Origin: Botryllus schlosseri
Lineage: Eukaryota
NCBI GenBank assembly: GCA_051294905.1
Contig: CM119372.1
Span: forward strand, 3,226,001 to 3,290,000
Length of the DNA: 64,000 nucleotides
Reading direction: 5' to 3'
Made by a program: the position numbers and the translations under genes. The stretch's first letter is position 1, and every line of letters starts with the position of its first letter. Below the pieces are notes generated by a model that worked only from the letters and a program-made list of their open reading frames with translations, ran no database searches and was not told the origin of the DNA. Positions 48,782-61,169 of this stretch are shown in pieces.

Positions 48782-50140
48782 CAGGGATGTCAAACTTAAA
48801 TTGCGTCGCGGGCCGGATTCAAGCCTTCAAATCGCTCGCGGGCCGGACCAATCAATTGATACTAAAATGTCACCTCGTGCTCTTGCTTTTCACTTGAATA
48901 CCTTGAAGCATATTTAGATAATACACGGATCATAGGATTTTTAAAGTAGGAAGTCGCAACACCTTTATTCACGAACATTGGAGTTTGCAAAAATACGATT
49001 GTCCGGTTGAATACAGTTAGGAACAGTTAAAACAGTGGCGTTAGGTTAACAACGATATAAGTTGGCATATTCTATGCTCCCCCTGATCTAGCCATAATTT
49101 GGCTTAGCCCTGCATATGGCGCTGTGGAGCCGCGAGTCCGTTCTATCTCATGTCTAGGGATCTATTGGGTCGAAAGTAGGGCTGGGCACAATTATTCGAG
49201 TACTCGAATCTGAATCGAGTATTAATTTTAATGATTCGAGTCGAGTAGTAAAAGACGATGTTTTTCGAGTATTGAAATTATAGGCTTCTGACCATTGAAA
49301 GGTAATTTAATAACGAAGGTTATAGTTTCGGAACTAATTTTCACTGTTAAACCTCGAAACCTCGATTGGCGGTATTGTAGCATACGAAACATATGGTACG
49401 AATCTATATACGAAGGTTACAGGACGTAACACATTTCCGAAGTCATGATTGTCCCACAAGATTATCACCAAGAGGAATGAAATCGGTATGGTCGAAAAAA
49501 TAGCCAAGTATGTATTGTGAGATGGATAACAGGCATTATATTCTTTGTGGTGACGTATAAACGATACATATCTGATATTTGACGTATTACATTCTGTTAT
49601 GACGTCATAATGAGTGATACTCAATTACTCGAGTCGACTCGACTCGAAGCATATTTCGTGATTCAGAATCGAATCACTCAGGTACTCGATTTTGCCCAGC
49701 CCTATTAGTCGAAAGTGACACGGCTGTGCGACTGCAGATATTTTAATAATGCATTTGTGCAACTAATATTTTCTCCACGTAAACTGCATATAAAGGTTCC
49801 GCATTGGCGTTTTAGCTTGTGTAAATAACTATTATTTGGTCGATATTTGTATGAAACTTTAAATTTAGAGTTCACTTTTTGTCTTCTTGAAATTGGATAT
49901 CAATTTCATCGATATATGACTATAGCGGTAACTAGAGTGAAACCACAGCGCCGTAGTTGGGTGGTTATAATGGAGCCTATGAACAAGGACGTATTTCCTG
50001 CAAAAAATCTCAACATTTGCTGCAAATGCTGTGCTGAAAAATATAAGATTTGTTTAATCTACTCAGAATTGCTTGGCGGGCCGGATGAAATCGTCTTGCG
50101 GGCCGGATGCGGCCCGCGGGCCGTATGTTTGACACCTCTG
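48782..50140. mobile_element. hAT (Charlie-like) MITE with nested insertion
   Basis: TIRs CAGGGATGTCAAAC...GTTTGACACCTCTG, GCGGGCCG subterminal motifs, imperfect TSD TTGTATAG/CTGTATGG. Confidence 0.8.
49177..49704. mobile_element. Nested MITE (TAGGGCTGGGCA TIR)
   Basis: TIRs TAGGGCTGGGCA...TGCCCAGCCCTA; GTCGAAAG is duplicated in the flanks. Related fragments at ~56600-56795 and 59185-59600. Confidence 0.8.
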
Positions 50141-50628
50141 CTGTATGGTGTAATCTATCATATCAAATGAAAGTCGCAAAACGTGCAGTATCCACTTTGT
50201 GTCATCAAACAGCGATAGTAAAAACCGAATTGACAGCGCTGTTCGAAAGTCAATTCACGCACTATAAAACCGACCGACTGCTTCTGCAATATCTAATTCG
50301 AAAGCGATTCGATATGCAAGCATAAATACATGCATTCATACAGATCACAATACCACTTATGAAAACAATTCAAAATCGTTGCTGATGCGTTTGAATTACA
50401 GCCCTTCACTTGCAAACCAATGGTGAGAAATCACGAGTGGCTTTATTATTTAATATAATATGAAAAAATATCCAACGGGCAAACAAAAAAAAACACTAAA
50501 ACACTGAATGTTCGCAGGCCTGTGTATGGTAGGCATTGATGGTGGTTACTTCTTGGCGACTGAGGCATTTTGCACTGTGTAAATGTGTATGTTCAATTGT
50601 TCATTGATGAAACTATATCACCGTGGTC

Positions 50629-50874
50629 CAGGGTTACCATATTTTGGAATCGGGAAAGTTAGTTTACCGTAATTGAAAACAGCTTATTTTGAAATATGTA
50701 CTAGAAATCTTTTTGTGTTGACTAAAAAAATGTCATCACTTTGATTCGGCTCCCGGCTTACCCACTTTTTAACGATATGGTATTTATTGGCCAAAAAAAA
50801 CATTTGTGCGAAGGGGGAAGTTTCTTTTGTAAAGGAGGACAAATCCTCCTAAAGGAGGACGTATGGTAACCCTG
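50629..50874. mobile_element. Small hAT MITE
   Basis: TIRs CAGGGTTACCATA...TATGGTAACCCTG; related to the 19291 family. Confidence 0.8.
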
Positions 50875-51119
50875 CTATTGTCCAAAGAGATTGCACGTGA
50901 TCGCACGATATGCTGACATTTTCATGAACAAGTTGAAACTAAATGAAATTATGTACGCGTCGACTTAAATGCAGCATGGGTCGCGCGTGGAGAGGTGACA
51001 ATAGGAAAATTCCTTGACATTGAGCTACATCCCTCTGATTGCTCGATATCATTTACTACCCGGGTTGATCAATCAACAGTATCGTAAATCCAGGTTTCAG
51101 TACTCGTCTATTTTGCCTT

Positions 51120-51700
51120 GCCGCTAAGATTTTCATTCATTCATTTTCATAGATCCCTTGGACGGCAGACCGCGACCTTCCGTAGGATTCACGGGCCTCT
51201 ATTTAGGAATTTAGCGTTACACACTTGTTTTGGCGCTTCATGCATTTTACAATTTTTATGTTTGGCAGTTTTGGCATTCGGTACCCGAAATGCCCAAAAT
51301 AACCCGGCCTGCTCATCGCTCTATCAAGTATATGCCCGACCTCAACTGTGAAACGGTATCTCGACGGATACATCCGACAATCGTCAAGCATGCCAATTAT
51401 TGTCCTCTCTCAAATCGAAATACAAGCAGTTTCTACTCAAGAAATCAGAGACAGCGCTCGATATCACTGCTGGACATATCGACTTCGCCTGGTGTCACAT
51501 GCCACCTCATATTCATATCTTCTCCGCTCTAGGTTGTCTTGTATGATTTTTCATTCAGTGTGCATGCCTCTTATTTTCATATTCTGTGGCAAGGTAGGTG
51601 TCTGATTTACAGACTAGACTCTGAGTCATTTCGATACCTTCCTAGCTTTTCATGCTATCGCAGCCTTGTGGTACTTTGAACTGGTAAAAATAAACGTACT
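51120..51700 (+). mobile_element. Decayed L2/CR1-group LINE 3' fragment
   Basis: HRSIKY.PDL..IRQSS remnant and 3' UTR homologous to 55760-56250. Confidence 0.6.
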
Positions 51701-52488
51701 TGGAAATAGCTATATACTATACTACATGAATGCGTTGGTATAATAAATTCAAATCAATCAAATAAATATGTCCAGCCCTCGCTGTAACTACCATTGGCCG
51801 TACATTTCAGTTTAACATGGCGTTGGATTTCCGACGTTGAGAGCAAGAAGATATGGCGATATGTAACACTTTTTTTTTATAAATTCGACTCAGCTATAGT
51901 TTAGTCAGAAGTTGTACTTACGCGTGCGACCTATAGCAGAGATAACTCCAGTTCGTGCAATTGTCTTTGCTCTGCTAAAAAGCTTCTTCGTCCGAAAAAA
52001 TAATGCGTTGGAGATGCCAAAAGAATTCAAGACCACCAAACGCAGCCCCTAGCAATCGCATCATGGGATATATATCATAACACTGAAGAAAAAACGTGAT
52101 CAAATTGCATTGACCAAACATCGAGTATATTGGGTTTATGTTTAAAATTTAATTTCGTAAATGAGCCGGATATGGTTAAAATGAAATTGCCATCATCTAT
52201 TTTTACATACGTCCATCTTGCCCTTCCTCAAAAGCGTATCGAGCGGCGAATTTTACATCCGAAATCAAATTTTACGGAGATTGCCTCGCGCGCGCGTATT
52301 GCTGTGAAACCCGCAAAGTTCCTGTCTTTGTACGTAACCGCAAGCACTGGAAGAATATTGTTTCCTTCATAAATAGGAAATTTTATATCAAAGGTAAGAG
52401 ATGGAAATTGCAAATCACGAATTTTAACTAAATTCGTTTACATTACCAACTTTTATGAGAATCCCAATTGTTAGTATATAATATATAT

Positions 52489-53456
52489 TAGGGATGGTGT
52501 GAACCTCTGAAAGGTTCAGGTTCGTGTGAACGCGAACCTTTTTGGAAGGTTCTGTTTGAACGCGAACGTGAACCTCATGACGTCACGTGACGTCATATTG
52601 CTAATTCCAGCCCTATATTTGAATGAAGTGATAGCCTATATTAATGTACACGATACATAGCGACGGCTCGGGCCACATAATGGCACAATGCTGAAGTACA
52701 TATTGACGTTTTAATCGTCGCTAAATGTATCAACTGAGGCAATCAAATGATATAATAATTCCATAAATCAATATCTTCGTCGCTTTGCCGACAAGTTCGA
52801 CGAGGACTTGCCAGAGAATATAAGCTTACGGCTTAACGGTGCAGGCCAGACCGGAAAAGGTATTCGGCATCTGATTATTGCTACAGGGATATTGAGCAGA
52901 GTGTAAAACGGGTCTCTATACTTGCTACCGCTATTACCCCACTAACAAGTTATACAACAATAGCCAAAACCCAATCGCACGGATTTCGTTTTTATGATAC
53001 AGTAAACATATGAAGACAAGATTGATCACGTAACCTTGCTAGATTTTTACATCAGAAAACGATATCAATTTAATAAGCATCATTCGCTATCTACATATAG
53101 AGTATTTCGCTCTTGATGTTGTGTGATTGCCGGTCAAGCTCACAGCAGAGAGTCACTAAATATACACAAACGGATTGCTGGATATTTCGAACAAACTTTT
53201 GTCAGGAAGCAAGTAAAATTTTTGAAATTGTCAAAGTGTTGATTGTTTATGCTGCCAGTGCCATGCATAGAGTGGTCCGCAGTTGAAATGCAATAAATTT
53301 GCACCAAATAAGTTATAGTGAAGCGAAAATTATAATATATATGAAAAAGGTTCACAGCGCAGAACCTACCAAGGTTCTGTTGTGAACGCGAACCTCAAAA
53401 TTTCCGAGGTTCACACACAGAACGCGAACGTGAACCTCACGTTCACACCATCCCTA
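52489..53456. mobile_element. hAT MITE (GAACGCGAAC repeats)
   Basis: TIRs TAGGGATGGTGTGAAC...GTTCACACCATCCCTA; TSD ATATATAT. Fragments at ~46930 and ~63545. Confidence 0.88.
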
Positions 53457-53577
53457 ATATATATCGATGCATGGCGAATTCTGAACGTTACCGCTTACAT
53501 TACATCCATCCAAATCTCCCATTGAAATCAAAATGCGTAATACCAAGAGCACAAATTCCATACAAATGATAGACGAT

Positions 53578-53960
53578 AGAGAGAGAGAGAGAGAGAGAGA
53601 GAGTCTTTATTTTCATCAAACCAAGATACATAACACACGGCAGTGACGGTGGTACAGAAAATATGCATGCACAGTATTCGGTATTAGATAGGAATGATCG
53701 ATAAGACCGTGAAGGTCATCTAGTCTGATCACATCAGCATCAAACAGGTACACCTGACTCTAAACAGTCTGGCTGTAAAAAATGTTACAGTAGTTAAAAA
53801 AAATTGAAGAAAAATAAAACGATGGTAGCAAATGATCAATGAAGCAATGTCTGGGCGAGGTAGGTCTTTTCTACGTCAAATATAACTTGGAAGTATGATA
53901 ATGAAGTATAGTTTGCCTACAATATACCAGACTTGACCTTTATCGTAGAATTGTTGAATC
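53578..53960 (-). mobile_element. LINE 3' fragment with (CT)n tail, related to the 13817 element
   Basis: Minus-strand AATAAA followed by (CT)n; the UTR resembles 15105-15290. Confidence 0.5.
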
Positions 53961-54534
53961 ATCGTCGATTCGCTGGGTAATTGCTTGGATGACAATTAGT
54001 CTTGGTATTATTTTCTGTAGCGATTACTAGCTTATAGATCTTGCATTATGTACTGCGCGTGTATCCCACATATTATGGCATATATAATACTGAGGAGTCA
54101 AAGATACACAAGAGTTTTATCACGTAGTATCAATCTACGTACAATTCCCTTTTCGCTGACAAACCGTTGATTGCCGCGAACTTGGCGAACGTGAAAGATG
54201 TAATTACAAATTTCGGAAGCACCCAGAAGTAACCACCTTCATCAGTCATTACGAACCATCAATTGAGGCTATATCAGATTGGAAAAGATTACGTGCGGTT
54301 AGTTCTCGCCAAATCGGATCATTTACGAGGCGTGTTGGTGTATCGGCGACATATTTGGATTTTAATGTCTGATAGTCAGTTGACAGTCTGGTAGAAACTC
54401 CACACAGCCGAGATACAGAATGAAAACAGAAATATTAATGAGTGTAATAAATATTCCGAGGTATCTATATGGATAATATAAGTTATCCACCTATTATACA
54501 GTATTTATATCCGCATTAGCATTTCAACTTGTAG

Positions 54535-54687
54535 CGCATTTTGTGCCCGGCAGGCTAAAAGTAAATGTAGTTGTCGTGGAAGCGGCGAGAAACACTGCAA
54601 GCAGTGATCTGAGAGTATATCTTGCATCGCGTAGCAATTTTCTATGTGGCATTGGGATCGTAATTATAAACGTAGGAGTTATTTGTG
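54535..54687 (+). CDS. Candidate upstream exon (signal-peptide-like) of the CUB-like receptor
   Basis: tag acceptor and G|gtataa donor, phase 1-1, ending in hydrophobic FLCGIGIVIINVGVIC. No start codon was found. Confidence 0.3.
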
Positions 54688-55444
54688 GTATAAAATTCAC
54701 AGGAAATTCCAATTTTGTATGGCGTAGAAGGATGAGATTAGTAAATGATCGTTGTAAATGCTTGATTATTCAGTGACAGAGGGATGAAATGTATTCTGAC
54801 AGGCAAAATGAACGGTGGAATTGTTACAGCGCGTAACTTCATGCCGAATCTTTGATTCAGACTGTATGTATTTACTGCATATATTTACATTAGTTGATAC
54901 TCGATGACAACTTCGAAGATACTTCATCTTCCTAAACAACTAAGCTTCATGATACGTAAGTATACGAATTATCATATATTTCCCTATATATACAATAATC
55001 ACGAAAATGCACAGGACATGCTTACCAATTGTCATCGAGAACAAAAATCACGGAAATTAAACGAAAATTCTGTAATTAAAGTTCAAGAACAAATCTTTAT
55101 CCAATTTCAAGAGCTACTAATTGTTCGCAGTGATTAGCCTATATATCTGTGCAACCATAGAGATGTACTTTCATACATAGGCGGAATTTCGTTATATGGT
55201 TAGATGACATTTTGACAACTTCATCATCAATAAGATGACATCGGCCTCGAGCATCGCCCTGATAATTTTGATATATCAATACCACATCTGAGCACTAAGG
55301 CAGGTTAAAATAAATTGCCAGGAGGCGGAATACGACGCGCGTCGTAATTATCTCTAGCAGGATGGCAAGGGAATGAGATCCCTATGCTAAGATAGATAAT
55401 TACTTCGCTATATCATAACATATGTTCACGTTTTTCATTCATAG

Positions 55445-55651
55445 TAATAACGGTGCCGACCAGCGCTGCTCTATGTCCTTCTGGGCGGTCTAAGAGGATC
55501 TTCGGACATCTGGGATTTATCAGAGCAAACGAAGGGTACGACGTTGACGATATTTGCGAATGGAAGATATACGCACCCCTCGAAAAGAGAAATTACAGCA
55601 TCAGTATCGTAATCAGTCGAATTGCATGCGACAGGAATTTATTAATAGAAG
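55445..55651 (+). CDS. Type I membrane protein, CUB-like ectodomain exon A
   Basis: atag acceptor and G|gtgagg donor; C...GFI...Y....CEWKIYAP...C CUB-like pattern. Confidence 0.7.
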
Positions 55652-55759
55652 GTGAGGCGCGAGTCCTATACGGGAAAATGAGGCATATTATTCTGCAATA
55701 AAAGTGCCAGTTCTATATCACCTTCAACGTAATATTTTTTCAATCTAACCTAGTTCATT

Positions 55760-56250
55760 GTACTTTGTGACAATGCTAGGAATTTGATTACGACCTATAC
55801 ATATATTCCATTTTCACTAACGTGTGAAACTGGGCGTCCACGTCGTCCAACTACCATATGGTAGACCAAAAAGATCATCGCTCTATCGAATATGCCGGAC
55901 CTGATTTATGGAACAGTATCTCGCCGGCTATCCGACAGTCATCGAGCATGTCCACATTTAAGTCGAAATACAAACAATTTCTACCGAATCAATACTAGTT
56001 AGCCAGCTTATTAGCCTTGGCATATCGATCCCGCCTTCCGGCACATGCCACCTTTATTGTCCCCTGCCCTTTTACACTATCTTCTTTTACTTTTCATTCA
56101 GTGTACATATGCCTCCTTTTTAACATCACCTAGGCCAGGTGGGTGTCTGATATCGAAGACTATCCCAAGTCGTTTCGACACCTACCTATCTTTCATTGTA
56201 TCGCAGTCTTGTGGTGTATTGGAATGATGAAATTTAGCATTAAATTGAAT
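55760..56250 (+). mobile_element. L2/CR1-group LINE 3' fragment (intronic)
   Basis: HRSIEYAGPDLWNSISPAIRQSSSMSTFKSKYKQFL remnant, UTR and (ATTGA)n tail. Confidence 0.7.
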
Positions 56251-56264
56251 TGAATTGTTGTTGG

Positions 56265-56578
56265 TATGGTGGTGGTGGTGCTGGTGGTGGTGGTGGTGGT
56301 GCTGGTGGTATTCATGTTTGTCGACTACTATATATGGTCATATACACCAGGCTAATTTTGTTCATTTTTATTCTATAAATGCCAACTTGTAGCACGGCCC
56401 GCTTCAATGCTTTTTATAAGACACCGCTCGCCTTACGCGGATGAGATGACGAGGAGGAGCCTAGATAAACCTCCCAACACTGAGGTATAAGAATTCAGGA
56501 GTCGGCCTCGGTCGGACTCGAACTCGCTACCCATTGGTGTTGCAGCTGTGGATTACACCACTACGATCTCTCGCCACT
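56265..56578 (-). mobile_element. tRNA-related SINE with (ACC)n tail
   Basis: Minus-strand B box GTTCGAGTCC; a second copy lies at 63085-63395. Confidence 0.65.
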
Positions 56579-56885
56579 TGTACTATAGTGTTGTTTCGTA
56601 TGCTGCGATGCGACCAATCGAGATTTACAAACTTCCACCGTGGAACTATAATCCTCATCAATAAATGTACTCTTATCGGCAATGAGCGTATCATTTTAAC
56701 ATACTCGTAAAAAACATCTCTCACTATTCGACTCGAATGATTGGAATTAATAAACGATTCGGAATCGAGCATTGGAATCATTGTGCTCAGCCCTAATTGC
56801 AAATATGAAGTTATGTTTATGCTACGCTTCAATATCAAACCACGTTGTATTAATCTCGAGTCATCGATATTTTTTTTCATGACAG

Positions 56886-57068
56886 GCGAGGAACTATGTC
56901 GACACAAGCCCCGGGCTTCCCGGACATACATCCCCGACTCCTGTAAGCAAACATGTGAAGCGCCTGACTGTAGGGAATTTAAAGAGTATCCCCTGGTCGT
57001 GACTTATGGAAGATACGCTGTCGATAGAGGATTCGTGATCAGATTCTCTTATGAGCCGTGCGTTGTAG
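56886..57068 (+). CDS. Type I membrane protein, CUB-like ectodomain exon B
   Basis: cag|GEELCRHK...LVVTYGRYAVDRGFVIRFSY (CUB-type RGF end)|gtataa, phase 1-1. Confidence 0.72.
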
Positions 57069-57430
57069 GTATAAATTCAGCTGTACTGTGTGCAATATGT
57101 TGTATATTGAAATAATGAAGATGTCGAAAGATGGCAGTGTATTATTTTACCTTGCTGCGTAACGGAGCCTGCTGTGGGTTCACGTTTCGTCACCTTTTAA
57201 CAGACTTGGACAGATAATTCAAGGTTGAACTGGCCAATTCTAGTTGTTTAATTTGACTAATTAAAGCGAAATGTCGGTAATCTAATTCTAATCAAACTTG
57301 TGAAATGTTTTTATTCTCTAATTTTAATATTATATCTGGTTTTGCTGTAAATGCTACATGAGAACTGTATAGTGCGACACGAGATAAACTTGTTGCACAG
57401 ACATATGCTATTAAGATCATGCTCGTTAGA

Positions 57431-57804
57431 TAGGCTTACCAAACGTCCTCTTTTAAGAGGATTTGTCCTCTTTTTTGACTTTTTTGAGAGTGTCCTCGCA
57501 GGACGCCCTTTTTTCCTCTTTTTTGAGATTTTGTCCTCTTTTTTGAAAATTTAGGTCAGATTTAGAGGAAATTGCGAGTGATATGCCGCAAATTAGCGCA
57601 GAAGTGAAGCTCCGGCGGGTATTTCGGAGGGAAAAGCGGTGATTTTAGCTCTGAGCGAAAAGAATACTTTTTTTTTTTTTTCTAGTCAACCGATCACAAA
57701 GTGGGAAAAATTCATCGGTTTTTGAGAATTCTACTCCGGTTTTGCATCTTGCAAATTTCTGAAAAAGTGTCCTCTTTTTACATTTCCAAAATATGGTAAG
57801 CCTA
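57431..57804 (-). mobile_element. hAT MITE (TAGGCTTACCA family)
   Basis: TIRs and perfect TSD TCGTTAGA; an inverted close relative of 19291-19806. Confidence 0.92.
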
Positions 57805-58475
57805 TCGTTAGAATGAACAATCATTCGATAAAAACTGGATTTGATTTGGATTTGATTCAATGTCCAAGTTTATTGCGAATCCATTATTACTAAATCTAAC
57901 CTGTTTAGCTATAATTCCAAGTTTTGAATTCAAAAATAGAAAAACAAACTAGAGGTATAGGCTTTTTCTAATTTTATTCTAATCAGGAGATATTGAAGCT
58001 ATAATTCTTATTCTAATCTAATTTGGAAAAGTCGAAAATGTTCTAGTTCTCAAAGTCAACCGTTTCGTCTCTATATAGCTAATCAAAGTAACGCCGAGTA
58101 GAAATTTGCGCGACCAAAGAGTCACCCACATTCTTGAAGTTTTGGTGTCAACATTGTGAAACCCGCGGTCCAGTGACGAAACATATGCATCTACCCCTAA
58201 TTTGACTTGATTTTAAGCTATAGTAACGCGCATTGGTTGTTGTCATAATTTTCCCTCTATAACAGATACATTGAATGAAACTTACACTTCGATATGGACA
58301 CAGACACAACTGTCACACCATCACTGATTCGTGCATTGGTTGTTAACTTGACCTTAAATTCTTGTATCAGGAGAAGGTCTGTCCCTATAATGCTAATCAG
58401 GGCTGCGCGTTGCCGATAACCTATTTAAAGTTTCGTCTGCATCTTATGAACATTTATTTTCATTATCTGGTAAAG

Positions 58476-58547
58476 AAGGATCCAAGAATGTGACCACATC
58501 TTCTATGCCAATTTCTGCGATATCAAGAGGAACAGTGGGAAATAACC
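58476..58547 (+). CDS. Type I membrane protein, S/T-rich stalk exon C
   Basis: EGSKNVTTSSMPISAISRGTVGNN with a C|gtaagt donor, phase 1-1; the acceptor is weaker. Confidence 0.55.
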
Positions 58548-58559
58548 GTAAGTCATGTT

Positions 58560-58908
58560 ATTATCGTGATGAACGTTGTACATTTTTGCCCTTGATCTTT
58601 TTGCGGCATACACCGACCGGTGATATACATATACACGATATGTGCATATGCACACTGCACTGTCAGCACACCATGAGTGCATGATGTGCAATTGTGCATA
58701 TGCTGCCGGACAAGGAAGGTGCAGAAATAGCTTTGTCAGATTTTTTAAGTCCACCTCTCCGTGGTATCCCGGTAATGCTAAGCGCCAAGCGGGAGAGCCA
58801 TGGATATCAGTGTTACTAACCTCGGGTCTTTGGTCTGACCCGGCCGGCGATCGAACCCACGAGATACCCATCAAGAAGACGGACGCTCCACCATTACGCC
58901 AACTATGC
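58560..58908 (-). mobile_element. tRNA-derived SINE
   Basis: Minus-strand A box TGGCGTAATGG and B box GGTTCGATCGC; homologous to the 37473 SINE. Confidence 0.8.
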
Positions 58909-58953
58909 TAATTTCATTAATGACAACGCTAAATTGATTTGTCCATCATTTAG

Positions 58954-59143
58954 GATCTATATTCGAAGTCACGACGGTGGAGAATATGTTGGAAAAAACT
59001 TCAATTCGCGAACTCGCCACTCCAGTCTTCAACTCCACTCGCAATGCCTCTGAAACAGATTTCGTGACCATTGCAATTGCGTCGTCGATCGCGGTAGCCG
59101 TGGTAGTTATAATTGTTGCGATAGCAATATTCAAAAATACAAG
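58954..59143 (+). CDS. Type I membrane protein, stalk plus transmembrane exon D
   Basis: tag acceptor; TM segment FVTIAIASSIAVAVVVIIVAIAIF followed by KNTR; AG|gttcgt donor. Confidence 0.75.
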
Positions 59144-59773
59144 GTTCGTATATGCATATAGTAATGACTAAGTTTGGGTATAATGATTCCAGGATTCGAA
59201 TCCGAATCGAATACTAATTGTGATGATTCTATTTGAGTATAGGGAGAGACGAATTTTTCTAATATTGAAATTATACGCCCTATTCAACTAAGATTTATAA
59301 GCAACTAATTTTGTTAAACAAACAACGACAATCCACGTGAATGATATAGTTTCGATACGCTTTCCCCATCCTGAAATCTCGATTGGCATTATCAAAAAGT
59401 TCGCTGACAAAGGTACGGTCGAAAAAATACCGACTGATCTTTGATACGACGTATAGAGCTTGCAATATGTTCTTTGTGGTCGCGTGAAAGGTACATATCT
59501 GAACTTTTCACACATGCACACTGTTATACTGTCAAAATTAGAGATACTCGACGCCCTAGTAATGTATATTGTTTTGTTCTGCGTATTCGAATATTTTCTT
59601 ATGATTCAAATCAGAGGAATGCAAAAATAGTCGTCTCTTTCACGTATGCAACTTAACGTGTAGTGAATTACTATGTCGTTTTATGCATCATTGTTCCAAC
59701 CTCATCTGTACTCTAATGTAAGCGATCCCGTTTTGTATATTCTCCACATGCATTGCTACCCGTATATTAACAG

Positions 59774-59921
59774 AGCAGAGGAACCAGAGGTCGCTCAGGA
59801 TCACGTAACTTACATCACTAATGTGCAATGCAGCACCGAGAGAGAATTCGAACCGGCGAAATCGAGTTTATACGAAACCATAGAAACGGACACCGCAACA
59901 AATCAAGCTTACAGTAATGAG
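59774..59921 (+). CDS. Type I membrane protein, cytoplasmic exon E
   Basis: cag acceptor in phase 2; contains SLYETI; GAG|gtaatg donor. Confidence 0.72.
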
Positions 59922-60923
59922 GTAATGTGACGTCACATACGCATAGATCACCTGCACTGCTGTGAACGTCTTTGCGATCCGCGATTTTAGAGTCGAATTA
60001 TAGATTACTAACCTACAGATATACAGTTAAATCTTGCGACACAGTTTATTTTGTTTGGTTTTAAAGATCTTATGACTTGTATAGTCATTCTACATCTCGC
60101 ACACACGTTTTTAATTGACTTTAGAACTGCCGACTTATAGTTGGGCCTCCTGGGCGTCATAGTCTTGATTTTCATAGTACATCGTCATCGCGAGAGAGAC
60201 GAGGTCCTCTCCCGCATCTCAATAGAGTTGCCGCGGGGCCTACGATCGTATGTGGTCTGTAGTGAAGTATCTATATTTTCTTCGGAGTACTCCAGTAAAG
60301 AGCTTCCAACCTCTGTCATAAACGGATAAAAATATCTTTAACCATGACTACATCGTTATGCAGCACCTCTACAGTCGGCGGTCATCATCATCATCAGAAC
60401 ATCTAGTCCGTACCAATGATCTATAGTACGTATACGTACTATAACTGTTGAACCGACGACGATTTCGAGGGTTCTATACCCATTTCATTATGTATACGTT
60501 GACCATATCGGGTACATATCGTCCGTAGGCTCGTACTATATGTTTTGTCGGAAGTATTTACACAATTATGGCATAATTGTACAACTTTTGAATTTTTTTT
60601 AAACACTCTTTTAAAACACAACTGTTAGGCAATGAGCGTATAATTTCAGTTCTTGAAAAAAATCGTATTGTTACTGAACTCGAAGCGTTAAACTTGCCCA
60701 GACCAAGTCGGCACGCTGTCATTCTCATTGAATGTTTGGGCAATCGCAGTCTATACCTTCAGAACACCAATTCAAACTTCTTAAACGGATATCATATATA
60801 TCATCTTTTCGCTGTACAGTTTAATTTATTTCCTTGATACAAACAATCGCAGCTACATCTCTGTCACGTTAAACCTGAATCTCCCAAAATACAATTAAGC
60901 GCCTGCGTCTTCTTGTGTGACAG

Positions 60924-61169
60924 GGCTATCAGACATTACCGACAGCGGGCGGAAAGTATGCGGAAAATAACTACGGTACGGTTTTTCAGCCGCCCGACAA
61001 AGACATAACACGTGCGCACTCGGAGAAAGACACGGGACACATTTACGAAGAGGTGACACCGGATGATAGAGCTATCGGGCCATCAAAAACGAATCATCAA
61101 TACGACGAGTTTGCGCCGGATTCGGACAGTTTCGAAGACGATTCATCGGAAGATGATAGTAAACATTAA
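60924..61169 (+). CDS. Type I membrane protein, terminal cytoplasmic exon F
   Basis: cag|GYQTLPT...NYGTV...IYEEV...QYDEF...DDSKH-TAA, phase 0, open for 81 codons. Confidence 0.72.
   Translation, partial: GYQTLPTAGGKYAENNYGTVFQPPDKDITRAHSEKDTGHIYEEVTPDDRAIGPSKTNHQYDEFAPDSDSFEDDSSEDDSKH

Noticed and set aside
52200..52413. Minus-strand exon-like stretch ending at a gtatgt donor
   Set aside because: The frames leading to the donor contain stops and no homology was recognised.
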